A stretch of 64,000 bases of DNA. Source: an uncultured Collinsella sp. GTDB taxonomy: Bacteria > Actinomycetota > Coriobacteriia > Coriobacteriales > Coriobacteriaceae. Location: the NCBI GenBank assembly GCA_902494715.1, contig CABUUJ010000001.1:11366-75365 (forward strand). Direction: 5' to 3'. Position 1 is the stretch's first letter. Every line of letters begins with the position of its first letter. Below, piece after piece: positions 37,401 to 47,200 of this stretch. The notes beneath the pieces were generated by a model. That model saw only the letters and a list, made by a program, of their open reading frames with translations, did no database searches and had not been told where the DNA came from. Position numbers and translations under genes: made by a program.

Positions 37401-38827
37401 AGGAAAAACGGCACCGGTCCTAGGGTAAACTGCTCGGTCCAATTGAGGTCGGTTCTTACCTGGAAGAGGGCCTTAATATTGCCGTATGCGGGGTCGTTGT
37501 TGTTACCCCAGGTTTTGCCCACCCAATCGTAGGCGAGCGAGCCGTACAGCTGTGTGGCGATATCCATCGTGAACAGCGGCGTGCAATGGTGACGAAGGAG
37601 CTTGGTGTTTCTTGGATCGGTGCCCGAACCGGCACTCATCCTCTTGTACTGATTCCACTTCCCCTCCATCTCGTCGAGGTAGCGGTTTGCCTGCTTGGCG
37701 CCCGACTCGCGCGGCGATTTCTTCCAGTATTCCGGATCAGGGTTGCCCGAATCGTTCATATAGCTAGCTGGTTTGTACCCTCCGCCAAACAGCACGTATC
37801 CAGCAAACGAGAAATCGAACAGAATGGGAAATGTGGGCATCCAGCACGTGAACTTATTGCCGCCGATACCGGGAAACGCCGCGGGGAAATCAAACGGAGT
37901 GATCTCTTGGTCCATGGTGGTGGGAATGATGGTGGTCGAGCCCGATTCCGCCTTTGCGGCCGGCGCGGTGACAACGGCCATAGGGGATGAGAGCGTGTAG
38001 GTTTTGCCCTGGTAGTCGAGCATAAAGCGCAGCTTGCACCCTTCCTCCAGAAGGCCCGAAGCTGCATCGAGGAACGTGTCTTCAAGCGTGAACGTCGCCA
38101 GATTATCCGCGCCCGATGCGCTGACCTTGATCTGGCCGATCTGTGTGACGGTTTCGGTTGAGCTGCCCGCAGCGGGCATCACTTTATTGATATGCAACGT
38201 TGCCTGCCCGCCCTGCGGCAGATGAGCCTGCACGGTAAAAGCGTGCGTGTCGGGCTGGTCGTTTGCTGCTTCGTCCGCTGGCATTGCCATAAACGTGGCG
38301 TCGGCGTACTGGATGTCCCATTCGTCGAACGTGAGCTGTCGAAAGTACGGCTCGCCATCGGAGAGCGGACGTGTGGGTGCGGTAATAGCGGTGCCGCCCT
38401 GGATACGCGCAAGGGGAATCTCGACATCGCGGTAGCCTGCCATGCTAATGGAGATGCCGCCGTTAAAGTCGTACGCGTCGAGAAGCGTTGCCTCGTCCAC
38501 GTAGCCTTCTGAAAGAGGGGCGACCTCAAAGATGGCCGTGCCTTCGTCATCGGTCGTGGCGGTGAGCTGCTTGCCTGCGGCATAGCGCGATATGAGCGTG
38601 ACCTGGGCACCCGTGATGGGCGTATTCTTGTTGGCGACGTCGACCACGACCACACCAAACATGGTGCGCGAGAGCACCAAGACCTTGAAGGGATCATCTT
38701 CGTCGGCGTATGCCTCGGCGGGGGCGAACGGCAATATGAAGGCGTTTGCGCTTCCCGGCACGCGCGGCAACATAATGCTCGCCAGCGAGGACGCTCCGGC
38801 AACAAGTAACGAACGGCGATCAAGCAT
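34460..38827 (-). CDS. Very large secreted cell-wall-anchored protein (Tat-type signal, LAGTG sorting signal), function unknown
   Basis: Track ORF 34460..38959. ATG 38827 follows GGGAG and gives MLDRRSLLVAGASSLASIMLP...SANA (twin-Arg signal). The C-terminus has a Gly/Ser linker, LAGTG, a hydrophobic stretch and RR (sortase-E-type LAxTG signal). About 1455 aa, with no other domain I recognise apart from a possible Ig/CarboxypepD_reg-like segment near the N-terminus. Confidence 0.8.
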   Translation of the reverse strand: MLDRRSLLVAGASSLASIMLPRVPGSANAFILPFAPAEAYADEDDPFKVLVLSRTMFGVVVVDVANKNTPITGAQVTLISRYAAGKQLTATTDDEGTAIFEVAPLSEGYVDEATLLDAYDFNGGISISMAGYRDVEIPLARIQGGTAITAPTRPLSDGEPYFRQLTFDEWDIQYADATFMAMPADEAANDQPDTHAFTVQAHLPQGGQATLHINKVMPAAGSSTETVTQIGQIKVSASGADNLATFTLEDTFLDAASGLLEEGCKLRFMLDYQGKTYTLSSPMAVVTAPAAKAESGSTTIIPTTMDQEITPFDFPAAFPGIGGNKFTCWMPTFPILFDFSFAGYVLFGGGYKPASYMNDSGNPDPEYWKKSPRESGAKQANRYLDEMEGKWNQYKRMSAGSGTDPRNTKLLRHHCTPLFTMDIATQLYGSLAYDWVGKTWGNNNDPAYGNIKALFQVRTDLNWTEQFTLGPVPFFLNVNPWVLAKLALAVGAHTHGSGAAFFKNISLDYSNTSGSFTIQIGLAVTFGAGVAGVASSAVRGAASLTLFIGYEKADGHQLPRLRVGADVDVDVILQFVMFKWTTKAWSGSWPTLLDSWNMSVNNGDQYVLQRSELALGGDTPYTLDACFGSAGNAEAGGVPQFIASATIVTNAELLARAEVKATARNVAPTVRDWDRSVTRIELEADAESDDTGQIEHFVHALIENDENAAPMYEYTHIRQAKDAVADPNANSAGVSEDERGGIKPSSDNVLFSGVLSEAHMKLAIIAGVECLFRIASVRYGENGRSRLVVHTKTNGTWSAPTPVDFSLGFGEGDVERNGIFDYDFDVVEYTDGRRNQDAYVLLVSGERPDGDNTLFDAASTSGILSVVRLRISNGGVRVMSHTSWRSISRGRLQEDGYHCLQCPRITVGKTLVDGRLSGAYLHRRGTTAEKALGSEAEVALECFTLWSDVSGDSLTFRQVLRFPQAPSSIELGEPENINGKMVVPVAYETADGCGCASYAVIGQSIAGWGVMSPDAAVPHAVPWPQHTGFLATVNEQLQHITWARGASAFATQPVGAAGCGPASFSVSNNGRCVLYVENTDGKVGQTYDEEGNPVAVMGKHFRIFASTLAGDLFTEPFVMCELDHPVDQITTFLTSGGMLSALATHIVSAEKSEAELHGIEVPLVACATPTGAVATSGAVVPGAAGESFMVTVRNDGNTLLTAGTIDLYREGSSQPFSSASIGFGTNARMASIYDPELAENASANDMAHVKYALETLGARFATHPLVADNGNAVLAPGCTAQFRMSFAIPESWSDEVGKRVTLYAKARNLVALDPVTLEEIRPGANSALGAILHELHVPDAACERSEVQVGVCDSADTTGLHDAPMTADGDGGSSGGGADEGGGSGGSSSGSGKDHGNIKRSGKAGALAGTGDVNAPLTAAAAALAAAGAGLVTYSARRTALEKDTAKEANSDKPR

Positions 38828-38983
38828 CTTTGGCTCCCATCCCGCAGGTATCGGTGGAAATAATCCAATTTTGCGAGAAGGCATCCTGTCACGGTAGTGC
38901 CGTCCGAGGGCCAAAATGTCCAATTTGAGCGAGCGAAGCGCCGGGGCTCCGGGGCGCACGTGCCGCGCTAGGCAGTCTGGCCG

Positions 38984-39988
38984 CTAACGCAGCATATGAG
39001 CGACCAGTTCGGTGCGCGTGCCGATGCCAAGCTTTGCATACACACTGGATAGGCGGTTTTTGACAGTGCCCGGCGATACTCCCATATGACGAGCGATTTC
39101 GGCGTTGGTCCATCCGCGGCAGGCGAGCATGGCCATGGTGAACTCTGTGGTCGTCAGGTCGTCAGCCACGTCCTCGCCCGAATCGGGGTTGTGGATGCGC
39201 CGCCAGCCGTAGCTGAATCGGTACGTGATCTCGATGATGCGCGCGAAGTCGTCAGGGTATTGCGTTTTTAGGCACGCCTCGATGAGCCCCTGTAAAAGGC
39301 CGTGATGCTCGCCAATGAGCTCGATAAGGCCGTCGGGACGCGCAATGTTCCAAGCGGTTCCGAAGTGCGTTTTTGCGGCGTCGATGTCCTTGAGGCTCAT
39401 GCATGCCATGGAAGCTGCCAGGTGAAGGAACAGTTCCGAGATCGGATAGCTCCCCTGTTTCATGATCAGGGCGTTTTCCGCCATGCCCAGACTGCGGCCG
39501 TATTCGCCGTGCAGATACAAGGCGTGCGCCATCACGTAGCTGGCGAACAGGCGCAGGCCTTCGGGCAGATGCGCTGCAAGTGGATAAAACTCTTCGGCGG
39601 AATGCGGGGAAGGCAAGTGCAGCAGGACGCTCGCGGCCGAGGCGAACAGGATATGCGTGGCGTGGATGGCGGGCGATTCCTCGTCGGCCGGCGTATCGAG
39701 GATGCCAGCAAGGCACCGGCGGGCGTCGGCGATACGGTTGAGCGACAGGCTGGCGTATCCGCAGATAAAGCATGCGGAATAGCGCAGCGCGGGATCGGTG
39801 GCGTCAAGATAGGGGCGTGCTGCCTCGGCGGCGAGAGTGGCCTGTCCGCGAAAGTACAGCGCTTCTGCCGTGGCGATGGTGCGTGAATCGGGGTCGGAAA
39901 TGCCTGCAACCGCATCGTCAATCTGCCCCGGCACAAAGGCAGTGCACATCAACGGCATGGGAACGCATGGGTAGCCATCGCAGTCCAT
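38984..39988 (-). CDS. LuxR-family transcriptional regulator (helical-repeat N-domain plus C-terminal HTH)
   Basis: Track ORF 38984..40024. ATG 39988 has GGGAGATGGAAG upstream. The C-terminus EFTMAMLACRGWTNAEIARHMGVSPGTVKNRLSSVYAKLGIGTRTELV is the LuxR/FixJ HTH. Confidence 0.85.
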   Translation of the reverse strand: MDCDGYPCVPMPLMCTAFVPGQIDDAVAGISDPDSRTIATAEALYFRGQATLAAEAARPYLDATDPALRYSACFICGYASLSLNRIADARRCLAGILDTPADEESPAIHATHILFASAASVLLHLPSPHSAEEFYPLAAHLPEGLRLFASYVMAHALYLHGEYGRSLGMAENALIMKQGSYPISELFLHLAASMACMSLKDIDAAKTHFGTAWNIARPDGLIELIGEHHGLLQGLIEACLKTQYPDDFARIIEITYRFSYGWRRIHNPDSGEDVADDLTTTEFTMAMLACRGWTNAEIARHMGVSPGTVKNRLSSVYAKLGIGTRTELVAHMLR

Positions 39989-40056
39989 CTTCCATCTCCC
40001 AACAGCTGGCAACAATAGCAGCAATTGTACTCCTGTTGCTCGGGACCCCTTTCGTT

Positions 40057-41208
40057 TTACTGTTCGGTTAACGCTACGGATCGTTTTGGAAGGCTTACGA
40101 GCATGGTGGTCCCGTTCTCGGAACTTATTTCAACCTCTACCGTGCCACCGTGAAGCGTTGCAATCTCCCAAACGAGCGCTAGTCCGAGTCCTGCGCCGCC
40201 GTATGCCCTGCTGCGGGATTTATCCAGGCGAAAGAACGGTTGGAAGATGCTCTCTCGGTACTGCTTGGGTATTCCCGGGCCCTCATCTTTGACTCGCAGG
40301 AGCACATGGCTGTCGCTGTCGCTGATGGAGACGTTGACAGTCGAGCCGGAGCGGCTGTAACGGATGGCGTTTTCGACCAGATTAAACACCAGCCGATAGA
40401 GGAGCGTATCACTTCCGATTGTCAAAGCGTCTCCGGCGCAATCGAGGGTTACGTCCTTATTCTCGGCAAGTGGCGCAAGGTCGGTGAGGACCTCTTCGGA
40501 CAAGGGACCAAGTTCAACACCGTCCTCGCAAGGAACGCTGCGGAGCTCACTCATCTCGAGCAATACCTTGGTCATCCGCGACATTCGCTCGGTTTGTTCT
40601 TGTAGCAGGCCGAGCAGCTCGGCTGTTTCGGGTTGCAAGCCGGAGTGCTCGGAGATGAATAGTTCAATCTGTGCTTGCATAAGGGCGAGCGGGGTGCGCA
40701 GCTCGTGTGCGGCGTTGCCGGTAAACTGACGCTGTGCAGAGAACCCTTCGCCAAGACGGGCGATCATGTCGTTGAAAGAGGCGCTGCATCGTTGTAACTC
40801 GATGGGCACATCTTCACTGAGTCTGATTTCGCTTAGGTTGTCAGGCTGCACACGCTCAACCTGGGCTGCAAAAGCTCGTAGCGGTTTGAGTGCACGGCCG
40901 CTCACAAAGTATGCCAGCACGCCGCCAAGGAGTGTGACTCCAGCCGTGATGCGCCAGGCTGTCGTGCCAAAAGACTCCTGTGCGTCGTTTACGACGATCG
41001 TGACCTCGTCATCGAGGGTCGCTTTCGTTGGGTCGAACGCCTGGGGCGAATCTTCGCCGGTTGCGTTAAAGGCCGAGATGTCACTGCCGATGGCATCCAT
41101 GTAGCGCATGCCCGTATAGCCGACCAGACAGTTCGTCAGCACGCATGCCGCACACGTGAGCAGTGCCGTCATAATCGTTATGCGCCATTGCAGCGAAAGC
41201 CTTTTCAT
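40057..41208 (-). CDS. Sensor histidine kinase (two TM, HAMP, HisKA, HATPase)
   Basis: H-box NAAHELRTPLALMQAQIEL, N-box LVFNLVENAIRYS, G-box GGAGLGLALVWEIATLHGG. Confidence 0.9.
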   Translation of the reverse strand: MKRLSLQWRITIMTALLTCAACVLTNCLVGYTGMRYMDAIGSDISAFNATGEDSPQAFDPTKATLDDEVTIVVNDAQESFGTTAWRITAGVTLLGGVLAYFVSGRALKPLRAFAAQVERVQPDNLSEIRLSEDVPIELQRCSASFNDMIARLGEGFSAQRQFTGNAAHELRTPLALMQAQIELFISEHSGLQPETAELLGLLQEQTERMSRMTKVLLEMSELRSVPCEDGVELGPLSEEVLTDLAPLAENKDVTLDCAGDALTIGSDTLLYRLVFNLVENAIRYSRSGSTVNVSISDSDSHVLLRVKDEGPGIPKQYRESIFQPFFRLDKSRSRAYGGAGLGLALVWEIATLHGGTVEVEISSENGTTMLVSLPKRSVALTEQ

Positions 41209-41879
41209 TCACTGTCCTCCATAACGTAGCCCTCTCCAATCCGATTGCGAATCGGGTCGTATCCCAAAGCGCTGCGCAACTTTTTTCGGAGTGACGAGAT
41301 ATGAACGCGGGTTGCGTTGCTAAAGCTGTTCACGCCGCTATCCCAAACGTGCTCGATAAGCTCCTCTTGGCTTACCGGTCGCCCCTGATTAAGCATCAGG
41401 TATTCCAAGATTCCCGTTTCCTTGCGTGTAAGAGATAGAGCCTCACTGTCCACGGAGGCGATACGCGCCTTGGTGTCAAAGCGGAGCTTTCCGCAGGTTA
41501 ATACTATGTCGCTTTGTGCGAAGCGCCTGAGGGTAAGGCTGCGGATCCGTGCCGCAAGTTCGTCCAGATGAAACGGCTTGGTGAGGTAATCGTTGGCGCC
41601 GGCATCGAGTCCGTCAACCTTATCGGATACTTCGCCACGCGCGGACAGAATCAGCACCTTGGTCTCGCAGTCGGTTTTCCTAAGTTCCTTGAGCACGGTC
41701 ATGCCATCGATACGGGGAAGGTTGAGGTCGAGTACCACGAGGTCAAAGACTTCGACGCCCAGCAGGTCGAGCGCCTCCTGTCCATCGTGACAGCAGTCGA
41801 CGCTGTACGCCAAGTTTCGCAAACTGCGCGCGATTGCATCGCACAGTGCTCGCTCGTCTTCGACGATCAAAATACGCAT
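41205..41879 (-). CDS. OmpR-family response regulator
   Basis: Track ORF 41205..41897. ATG 41879 follows AAGGAG and gives MRILIVEDERAL...LVVLDLNLPRIDG. It has a winged-helix C-terminus and a 4-nt overlap with the kinase gene. Confidence 0.9.
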   Translation of the reverse strand: MRILIVEDERALCDAIARSLRNLAYSVDCCHDGQEALDLLGVEVFDLVVLDLNLPRIDGMTVLKELRKTDCETKVLILSARGEVSDKVDGLDAGANDYLTKPFHLDELAARIRSLTLRRFAQSDIVLTCGKLRFDTKARIASVDSEALSLTRKETGILEYLMLNQGRPVSQEELIEHVWDSGVNSFSNATRVHISSLRKKLRSALGYDPIRNRIGEGYVMEDSE

Positions 41880-41969
41880 AACAGTCTCCTTGCACATTCC
41901 AAATCGCGCTTAACACGGATTTTATAGTCGATATGGTCCAATGGTCGCGTAACGAAAGGAGTGGTCAGG

Positions 41970-42116
41970 TTGTTCAAAGCGGTAAAACCCGTGGTACAGG
42001 TCGCTTTGTTGATCGTCGGAATTGCCATGGTGTGCTTTGGCGTTATGCGTGGCGAGGCGGATGCCGTGCTGGCCAAAGCGATTAGGCTGTGCTTGGAGTG
42101 TATCGGAATTGGATAA
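41970..42116 (+). CDS. 48-aa membrane micro-protein with C-terminal CxxC (CD1871A-like), not in the ORF track
   Basis: AAAGGAG (41954-41960), then TTG 41970. (M)FKAVKPVVQVALLIVGIAMVCFGVMRGEADAVLAKAIRLCLECIGIG-stop has one TM helix plus CLEC. It is in the same position as small CXXC genes that, as I recall, precede polyferredoxin/TlpA pairs in Clostridia. Confidence 0.55.
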   Translation: MFKAVKPVVQVALLIVGIAMVCFGVMRGEADAVLAKAIRLCLECIGIG

Positions 42117-43011
42117 AAGAGAAAACACTGCGTCGCATGTTTTGGCCCGATTTCGCGGATTCATTCAGGCGGCGGCGACGCTGGTCACCAATATTCACCT
42201 GCCAAACTTTGCCAAAGGCGGCATCTATCAGGGCGCGGGAAAAACAGTCTGCGTACCTGGACTTAATTGCTATTCGTGCCCCGCGGCATCGGGTGCGTGC
42301 CCCATCGGGTCGTTCCAGTCGGTGGTGGGTTCATCCAAGTTCAACTTTTCTTACTACGTCACCGGTACGCTCATTTTGCTCGGCGTGCTGCTGGGACGCT
42401 TTGTATGCGGCTTTCTATGCCCGTTTGGCTGGCTGCAGGAGCTGCTTCATAAGATTCCCGGCAAAAAGTTCTCCACGAAAAAGCTCAAGCCGCTCACGTA
42501 CATCAAGTACGTCGTGCTGCTGTTTGCCGTGGTGCTGCTGCCCGTCTTGGTGGTTAACGACGTGGGCATGGGCGACCCATTCTTTTGCAAGTACATCTGT
42601 CCGCAAGGTGTGCTCGAGGGCGCCATTCCGCTGGCAATTGCCAACGCCGGCATTCGATCTGCGTTGGGACATCTCTTTACTTGGAAACTTGCCGTTCTCA
42701 TTGCCGTGGTAGTGCTGAGCGTTTTGTTCTACCGCCCCTTCTGCAAATGGATTTGTCCACTCGGCGCATTCTATGCGCTCATGAATAAGGTGTCCTTGTT
42801 GGGGATTCAGGTTGACGCGTGCAAATGCGTCTCGTGCGGCAAGTGTTCAAGGGTTTGTCGGATGGACGTTGATGTGGTCCGTGCGCCCAATCATGCCGAA
42901 TGTATCCGGTGCGGAAAGTGCATCGGGGCCTGTCCCGTCGATGCCATCAGCTATCGCTATGGCCTGGATGTGTCGGCGGAAAAGCTTCCCTTGACCGCCG
43001 ATAAAAAGTAA
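42109..43011 (+). CDS. Membrane-bound 4Fe-4S binding protein (NapH/polyferredoxin-like)
   Basis: In frame with track ORF 42022..43011. TTG 42109 overlaps the micro-ORF stop; the start is uncertain. Cys motifs present: PGLNCYSCPAASGACPIG, CPFGWLQE, CKYICPQG, and two ferredoxin motifs CVSCGKCSRVC and CIRCGKCIGACP. Confidence 0.8.
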   Translation: MDKRENTASHVLARFRGFIQAAATLVTNIHLPNFAKGGIYQGAGKTVCVPGLNCYSCPAASGACPIGSFQSVVGSSKFNFSYYVTGTLILLGVLLGRFVCGFLCPFGWLQELLHKIPGKKFSTKKLKPLTYIKYVVLLFAVVLLPVLVVNDVGMGDPFFCKYICPQGVLEGAIPLAIANAGIRSALGHLFTWKLAVLIAVVVLSVLFYRPFCKWICPLGAFYALMNKVSLLGIQVDACKCVSCGKCSRVCRMDVDVVRAPNHAECIRCGKCIGACPVDAISYRYGLDVSAEKLPLTADKK

Positions 43012-43040
43012 ACAAGCTTCGACAAAACGGAGGAATGACT

Positions 43041-44012
43041 ATGAAGCTTTCTAAGATTGCGGCCCTGTTTATGGTGCCGGTATTGGCCTTGTGCCTTGTG
43101 GCATGTTCGGCGCCCGGTGGCAATGTGAGCGAATCTGCGAGCTCCGATCCTAAGATCGCAGAACTCACTGCGCAGAAGCCGGCCAATGCCGACGAGGCCG
43201 CCGAGCTGTATGCGAAGCTCATGCAGAAGGAGAACGAGATCTTTTCGAGTGATAACGCGCTGTGGGAAAAGGTATTCAATGCGGCAAATAAAGACTCGGC
43301 AATGATTGAGGACGGCAGCAATTACGGCGATTTCCTGCTCAAGACCATCGACGGTGCCAAGGATGAGTTCACGGCGGATGAGCTTAAGACGCTCAAGGCC
43401 GGTGCGCAGCAGATCAAGGAGATCGAGGACAAGCTCGAGAGCTTGGAGAAGGAGTTCCCCGGCTGTGGAAGCACGCCGAGCGCGGGTGAGAGCGTCGACG
43501 CTTCGGCCGCTGGCATGACGGCTGGTGCCAATGCTTCGAGCGAGGCGACGAAGTTCCCCAGCTTTACGGGCAAGGACCTGGATGGCAACGACGTGAACAG
43601 CGACGAGCTGTTCTCTAAGAACAAGGTCACCGTCATGAACTTCTGGTTCACCACTTGCAAGCCGTGCGTGGGCGAGTTGGGCGACCTCGAGGACCTGAAT
43701 AAGGAGCTTGCCAAGAAGGGCGGCCAGGTCGTGGGCGTCAATTCCTTTACGCTCGATGGCAACAAGGGCGAGATTGCAGATGCCAAGGACGTGCTGAGCA
43801 AGAAGGGTGTGACATATAAGAACATCTGGTTCAAGTCGGATAGCGAGGCCGGTAAGTTTACGTCAAATTTGTTCTCGTTCCCGACAACCTACGTTATCGA
43901 CCAGAACGGCAACATCGTAGGGGAGCCCATCGTGGGCGCCATCAGCTCCGCCGAGCAGCGCGCAGCACTCGACAAACTTATCGACCAGGCGATTGCGAAT
44001 AGCGAGCAGTAA
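43041..44012 (+). CDS. TlpA-like thioredoxin-fold lipoprotein (redoxin)
   Basis: MKLSKIAALFMVPVLALCLVAC has a lipobox. The C-terminal redoxin domain reads VMNFWFTTCKPCVGELGDL (CxxC). ATG 43035 is an alternative start. Confidence 0.85.
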   Translation: MKLSKIAALFMVPVLALCLVACSAPGGNVSESASSDPKIAELTAQKPANADEAAELYAKLMQKENEIFSSDNALWEKVFNAANKDSAMIEDGSNYGDFLLKTIDGAKDEFTADELKTLKAGAQQIKEIEDKLESLEKEFPGCGSTPSAGESVDASAAGMTAGANASSEATKFPSFTGKDLDGNDVNSDELFSKNKVTVMNFWFTTCKPCVGELGDLEDLNKELAKKGGQVVGVNSFTLDGNKGEIADAKDVLSKKGVTYKNIWFKSDSEAGKFTSNLFSFPTTYVIDQNGNIVGEPIVGAISSAEQRAALDKLIDQAIANSEQ

Positions 44013-44091
44013 AAAACGCGTAAGGGATGGCGAGGATCGTGCGCCGCTGTGCGAAGTAGTCCGCTCCCTTTCAAGATAAGCTCCACCATAT

Positions 44092-44118
44092 AGAGGTCCC
44101 GCTCGGGACCTCTTTTTT
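44092..44118 (+). terminator. Rho-independent terminator
   Basis: agaggtccc-gctc-gggacctct followed by tttttgg. Confidence 0.8.
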
Positions 44119-44265
44119 GGGCACCGTCCCGTTCGTTTTTTGGCGCGGTTCCTTACATTCCTCACTGGCGCCGGCAAAAAATGGGGATAGAGTAGGACAA
44201 GCGCGTCGAATACGAACGGCGGAGGAGAGCGGGCAAGTGCGCCCGCGCAGGAGAGGTTGCCGTCC

Positions 44266-47200
44266 ATGCTGGAGCTCAAAGGAATTTGCAAAAGGTACGT
44301 CACGCAGTCGTTTACGCAGGTGGCGCTCGACAGCGTGAGCCTGGCTTTTCGCGATAACGAGTTCGTGGCCATTCTGGGCCCCTCGGGCTCGGGTAAAACT
44401 ACGATGCTCAACGTTATTGGCGGACTCGACCACTTTGACTCGGGCGACCTGCTGATCGATGGCATTTCGACCAAGGACTTTCACGATCGCGATTGGGATG
44501 CCTATCGCAACAATCGTATCGGCTTTGTGTTCCAGAGCTATAACCTCATTCCGCATCAGACCATTTTGGAAAACGTGGAGCTGGCGCTCACGCTCACGGG
44601 CGTGGGGCATGCCGAGCGCCGCCAGCGTGCGCGCGAGGCGTTGGAGAAAGTCGGCCTGGGCGAGCACGTTAACAAGCGACCGAGCCAGCTTTCGGGCGGG
44701 CAGATGCAGCGTGTGGCCATCGCCCGCGCCCTGATTAATGACCCAGAGATCGTCCTTGCCGACGAGCCGACCGGCGCTTTGGATTCAACGACATCCGTAC
44801 AGGTCATGGATCTGCTCAAGGACGTTGCGCGCGACCGTCTGGTCGTCATGGTCACGCACAATCCCGAGCTGGCGTACCAGTACGCCACGCGCATCGTCAA
44901 CCTGGCGGACGGCAAGATCACCGACGATTCCGACCCCTTCGATGTTGCCAAGGCCGCGCGTCGCGAGGCTAAGCCTACGCGCAAAACCTCGATGAGCTTT
45001 GTGACGGCGCTGGGTCTTTCTGCTCGAAACCTCATGACCAAGAAGGGCCGTACGGCCATGACTGCCTTTGCGGGTTCGATTGGCATTATCGGCATTGCGG
45101 CGATTCTGGCGCTGTCCAATGGCGTAAACGGCTACATCAAAAAGGTCGAGGAGGATACGCTCTCGAGCTACCCGCTCACCATTTCCAAGCAGGATTACGA
45201 CCTGTCGTCCATGATGGGCGGACAGGGGGCCACGGATGACGATGCGTCCAAGAACGAGGGCTCGTCCGACGACGGCACCGACGGCAAGGCTCGGGGAACT
45301 GATAAGATCCCTGTGGTCACGGCCGTAAAGGATATGTTTGCGAGCGTTAAGTCCAACGACATGACGAGCTTTAAGGCATGGCTCGATGCCGGTGGCGACG
45401 GCATCGATAAAGAAGTCAATGCCATCCAGTACGGTTATGGCGTGACGCCGGTTGTCTATCGTGCGGGTAAGGGCGATGAGAAGCCTGTCCGGCTGGTGCC
45501 CAACGCTATGACCGAGGCCATGAGCGGAGGCGCGAGCTCGGCGGCAACGGTGAGCATGGAATCCATGGGAACCTCGGTCTTTAACGAGATGATTGACGAC
45601 CAGAGCTTGCTCGACAGCCAGTACGATGTCGTCGCCGGTCATTGGCCCACGTCTGCCAACGAAGCCGTGATGGTGCTTTCGAGCCGTGGAACGGTGGGCG
45701 ACTACACGCTCTACAGCATCGGCGCGCTGGATATCAACGAGCTCAACGACCTGGTTAACAGCGCCATGACGGCTGACGGTAAGATCGAAACGCCCGAGAC
45801 CGGTACCGACTTTACCTACGACGATGCGCTGTCCACGACGTTTAAGGTGCTGTCGCCGGCCGATGCCTATCGCAAAAACGAAGAGACCGGCATGTGGACC
45901 GATATGTCTGGCGACACCGACTTTATGGCTGCCAAGGTTGCCGACGGTATCGACGTGCACATTGTGGGCGTGGTGCGACCCAACGAGACCGCCAACGCGA
46001 GTGCATTGTCCCCAGGCATTGCCTATACGCATGCGCTGACTTGCCAGCTTATGGAGCGCGCCGCCGATTCGCAGATTGTGCAGGAGCAGCTCGCCCACCC
46101 CGAGACGGATGTCTTTACGGGCAAGTCTTTCGATGAGCTGCAAGGCGAGGCCAAACAAGGCGTGGATCTGAGCAGTATGTTCAGCGTGGACGAGGCGGCG
46201 CTCAAGAGCGCGTTCTCGTTTGATGCGTCTGCACTCTCGGGTGCGGCCGGCGGTATGGACCTTTCTGGTATCGACTTATCCGGGTTGGACATTGACCTCT
46301 CGGACGTTGGCAAGGACATCGACTTCAGCGACATCATGGCACAAGCACCGGCTCCAGATTTCTCGGGCATCTTTGACGGTCTGGAGCTCACGCCCGAGCA
46401 AATGCAGCAGGTGGGAATACTTGCCAACCAACTGTTTGAGGGCTTTTTGCAGTCTGATCAGTTTAAGGCGCTGTCACCCGAAGACCTTAAGGACGCGTCA
46501 AAGCTCTCTGCCGCATTCTCGACGTATCTTGAGAATGATGCCGCAGCCCAGCAATGCCTGGCCCAGCTCAAAGCGCTCGGCGGCGATGCCCTGGCCGAAC
46601 GCCTGCAGCAGGCGATGACCGACTATGTGCAAAAGCAGCTGGCTCCGTATTTGCAGCAGGCTATGGATCAGGTGATGAAGTCGATCAGCGATCAGATTGC
46701 GGCGACGGTGTCAGCTCAGCTCAAGGCGGGCGCGGCAGGGCTTATGGACCAGATGGCGACGCAGATGTCGTCGAGTTTTGCCAACCTGGCGAGCGCTATG
46801 CGTGTGGATGCGAGCGCCTTTGCTCGTGCCATCCATTTCAACATGGACGCCGAGGATCTGAGTTCGCTCATGATGAGTTATGCCAAGGCATCGCAGCTTA
46901 CCTATGACAACAACCTGACCACACTGGGTTATGCGGACGAGGCGGACCCCATCTCAGTCAAGATTTTCCCGCGCGACTTTGAGGCCAAGGAGCGCGTACT
47001 CGATCACATCGATGCGTACAACAAGCAGGTCAAAGCCGCTGGCCACGATGATCGGGCAATTTCGTACACCGACTACATGGGCATCATCATGGGTTCGGTG
47101 ACCGACATTGTGAACACCATCAGCTTGGTGCTCATCGCATTCGTGAGTATCAGCCTGGTGGTGAGCTCCATCATGATCGGCATCATCACCTATATCAGCG

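Noticed and set aside
44785-46158. 457-aa minus-strand ORF inside the ABC transporter gene
   Set aside because: It is an antisense shadow of the fused ABC/FtsX gene with no motifs. The same applies to 50409..51122(-), 51257..52393(-), 52504..53685(-), 58295..59350(-) and 60517..61764(-).
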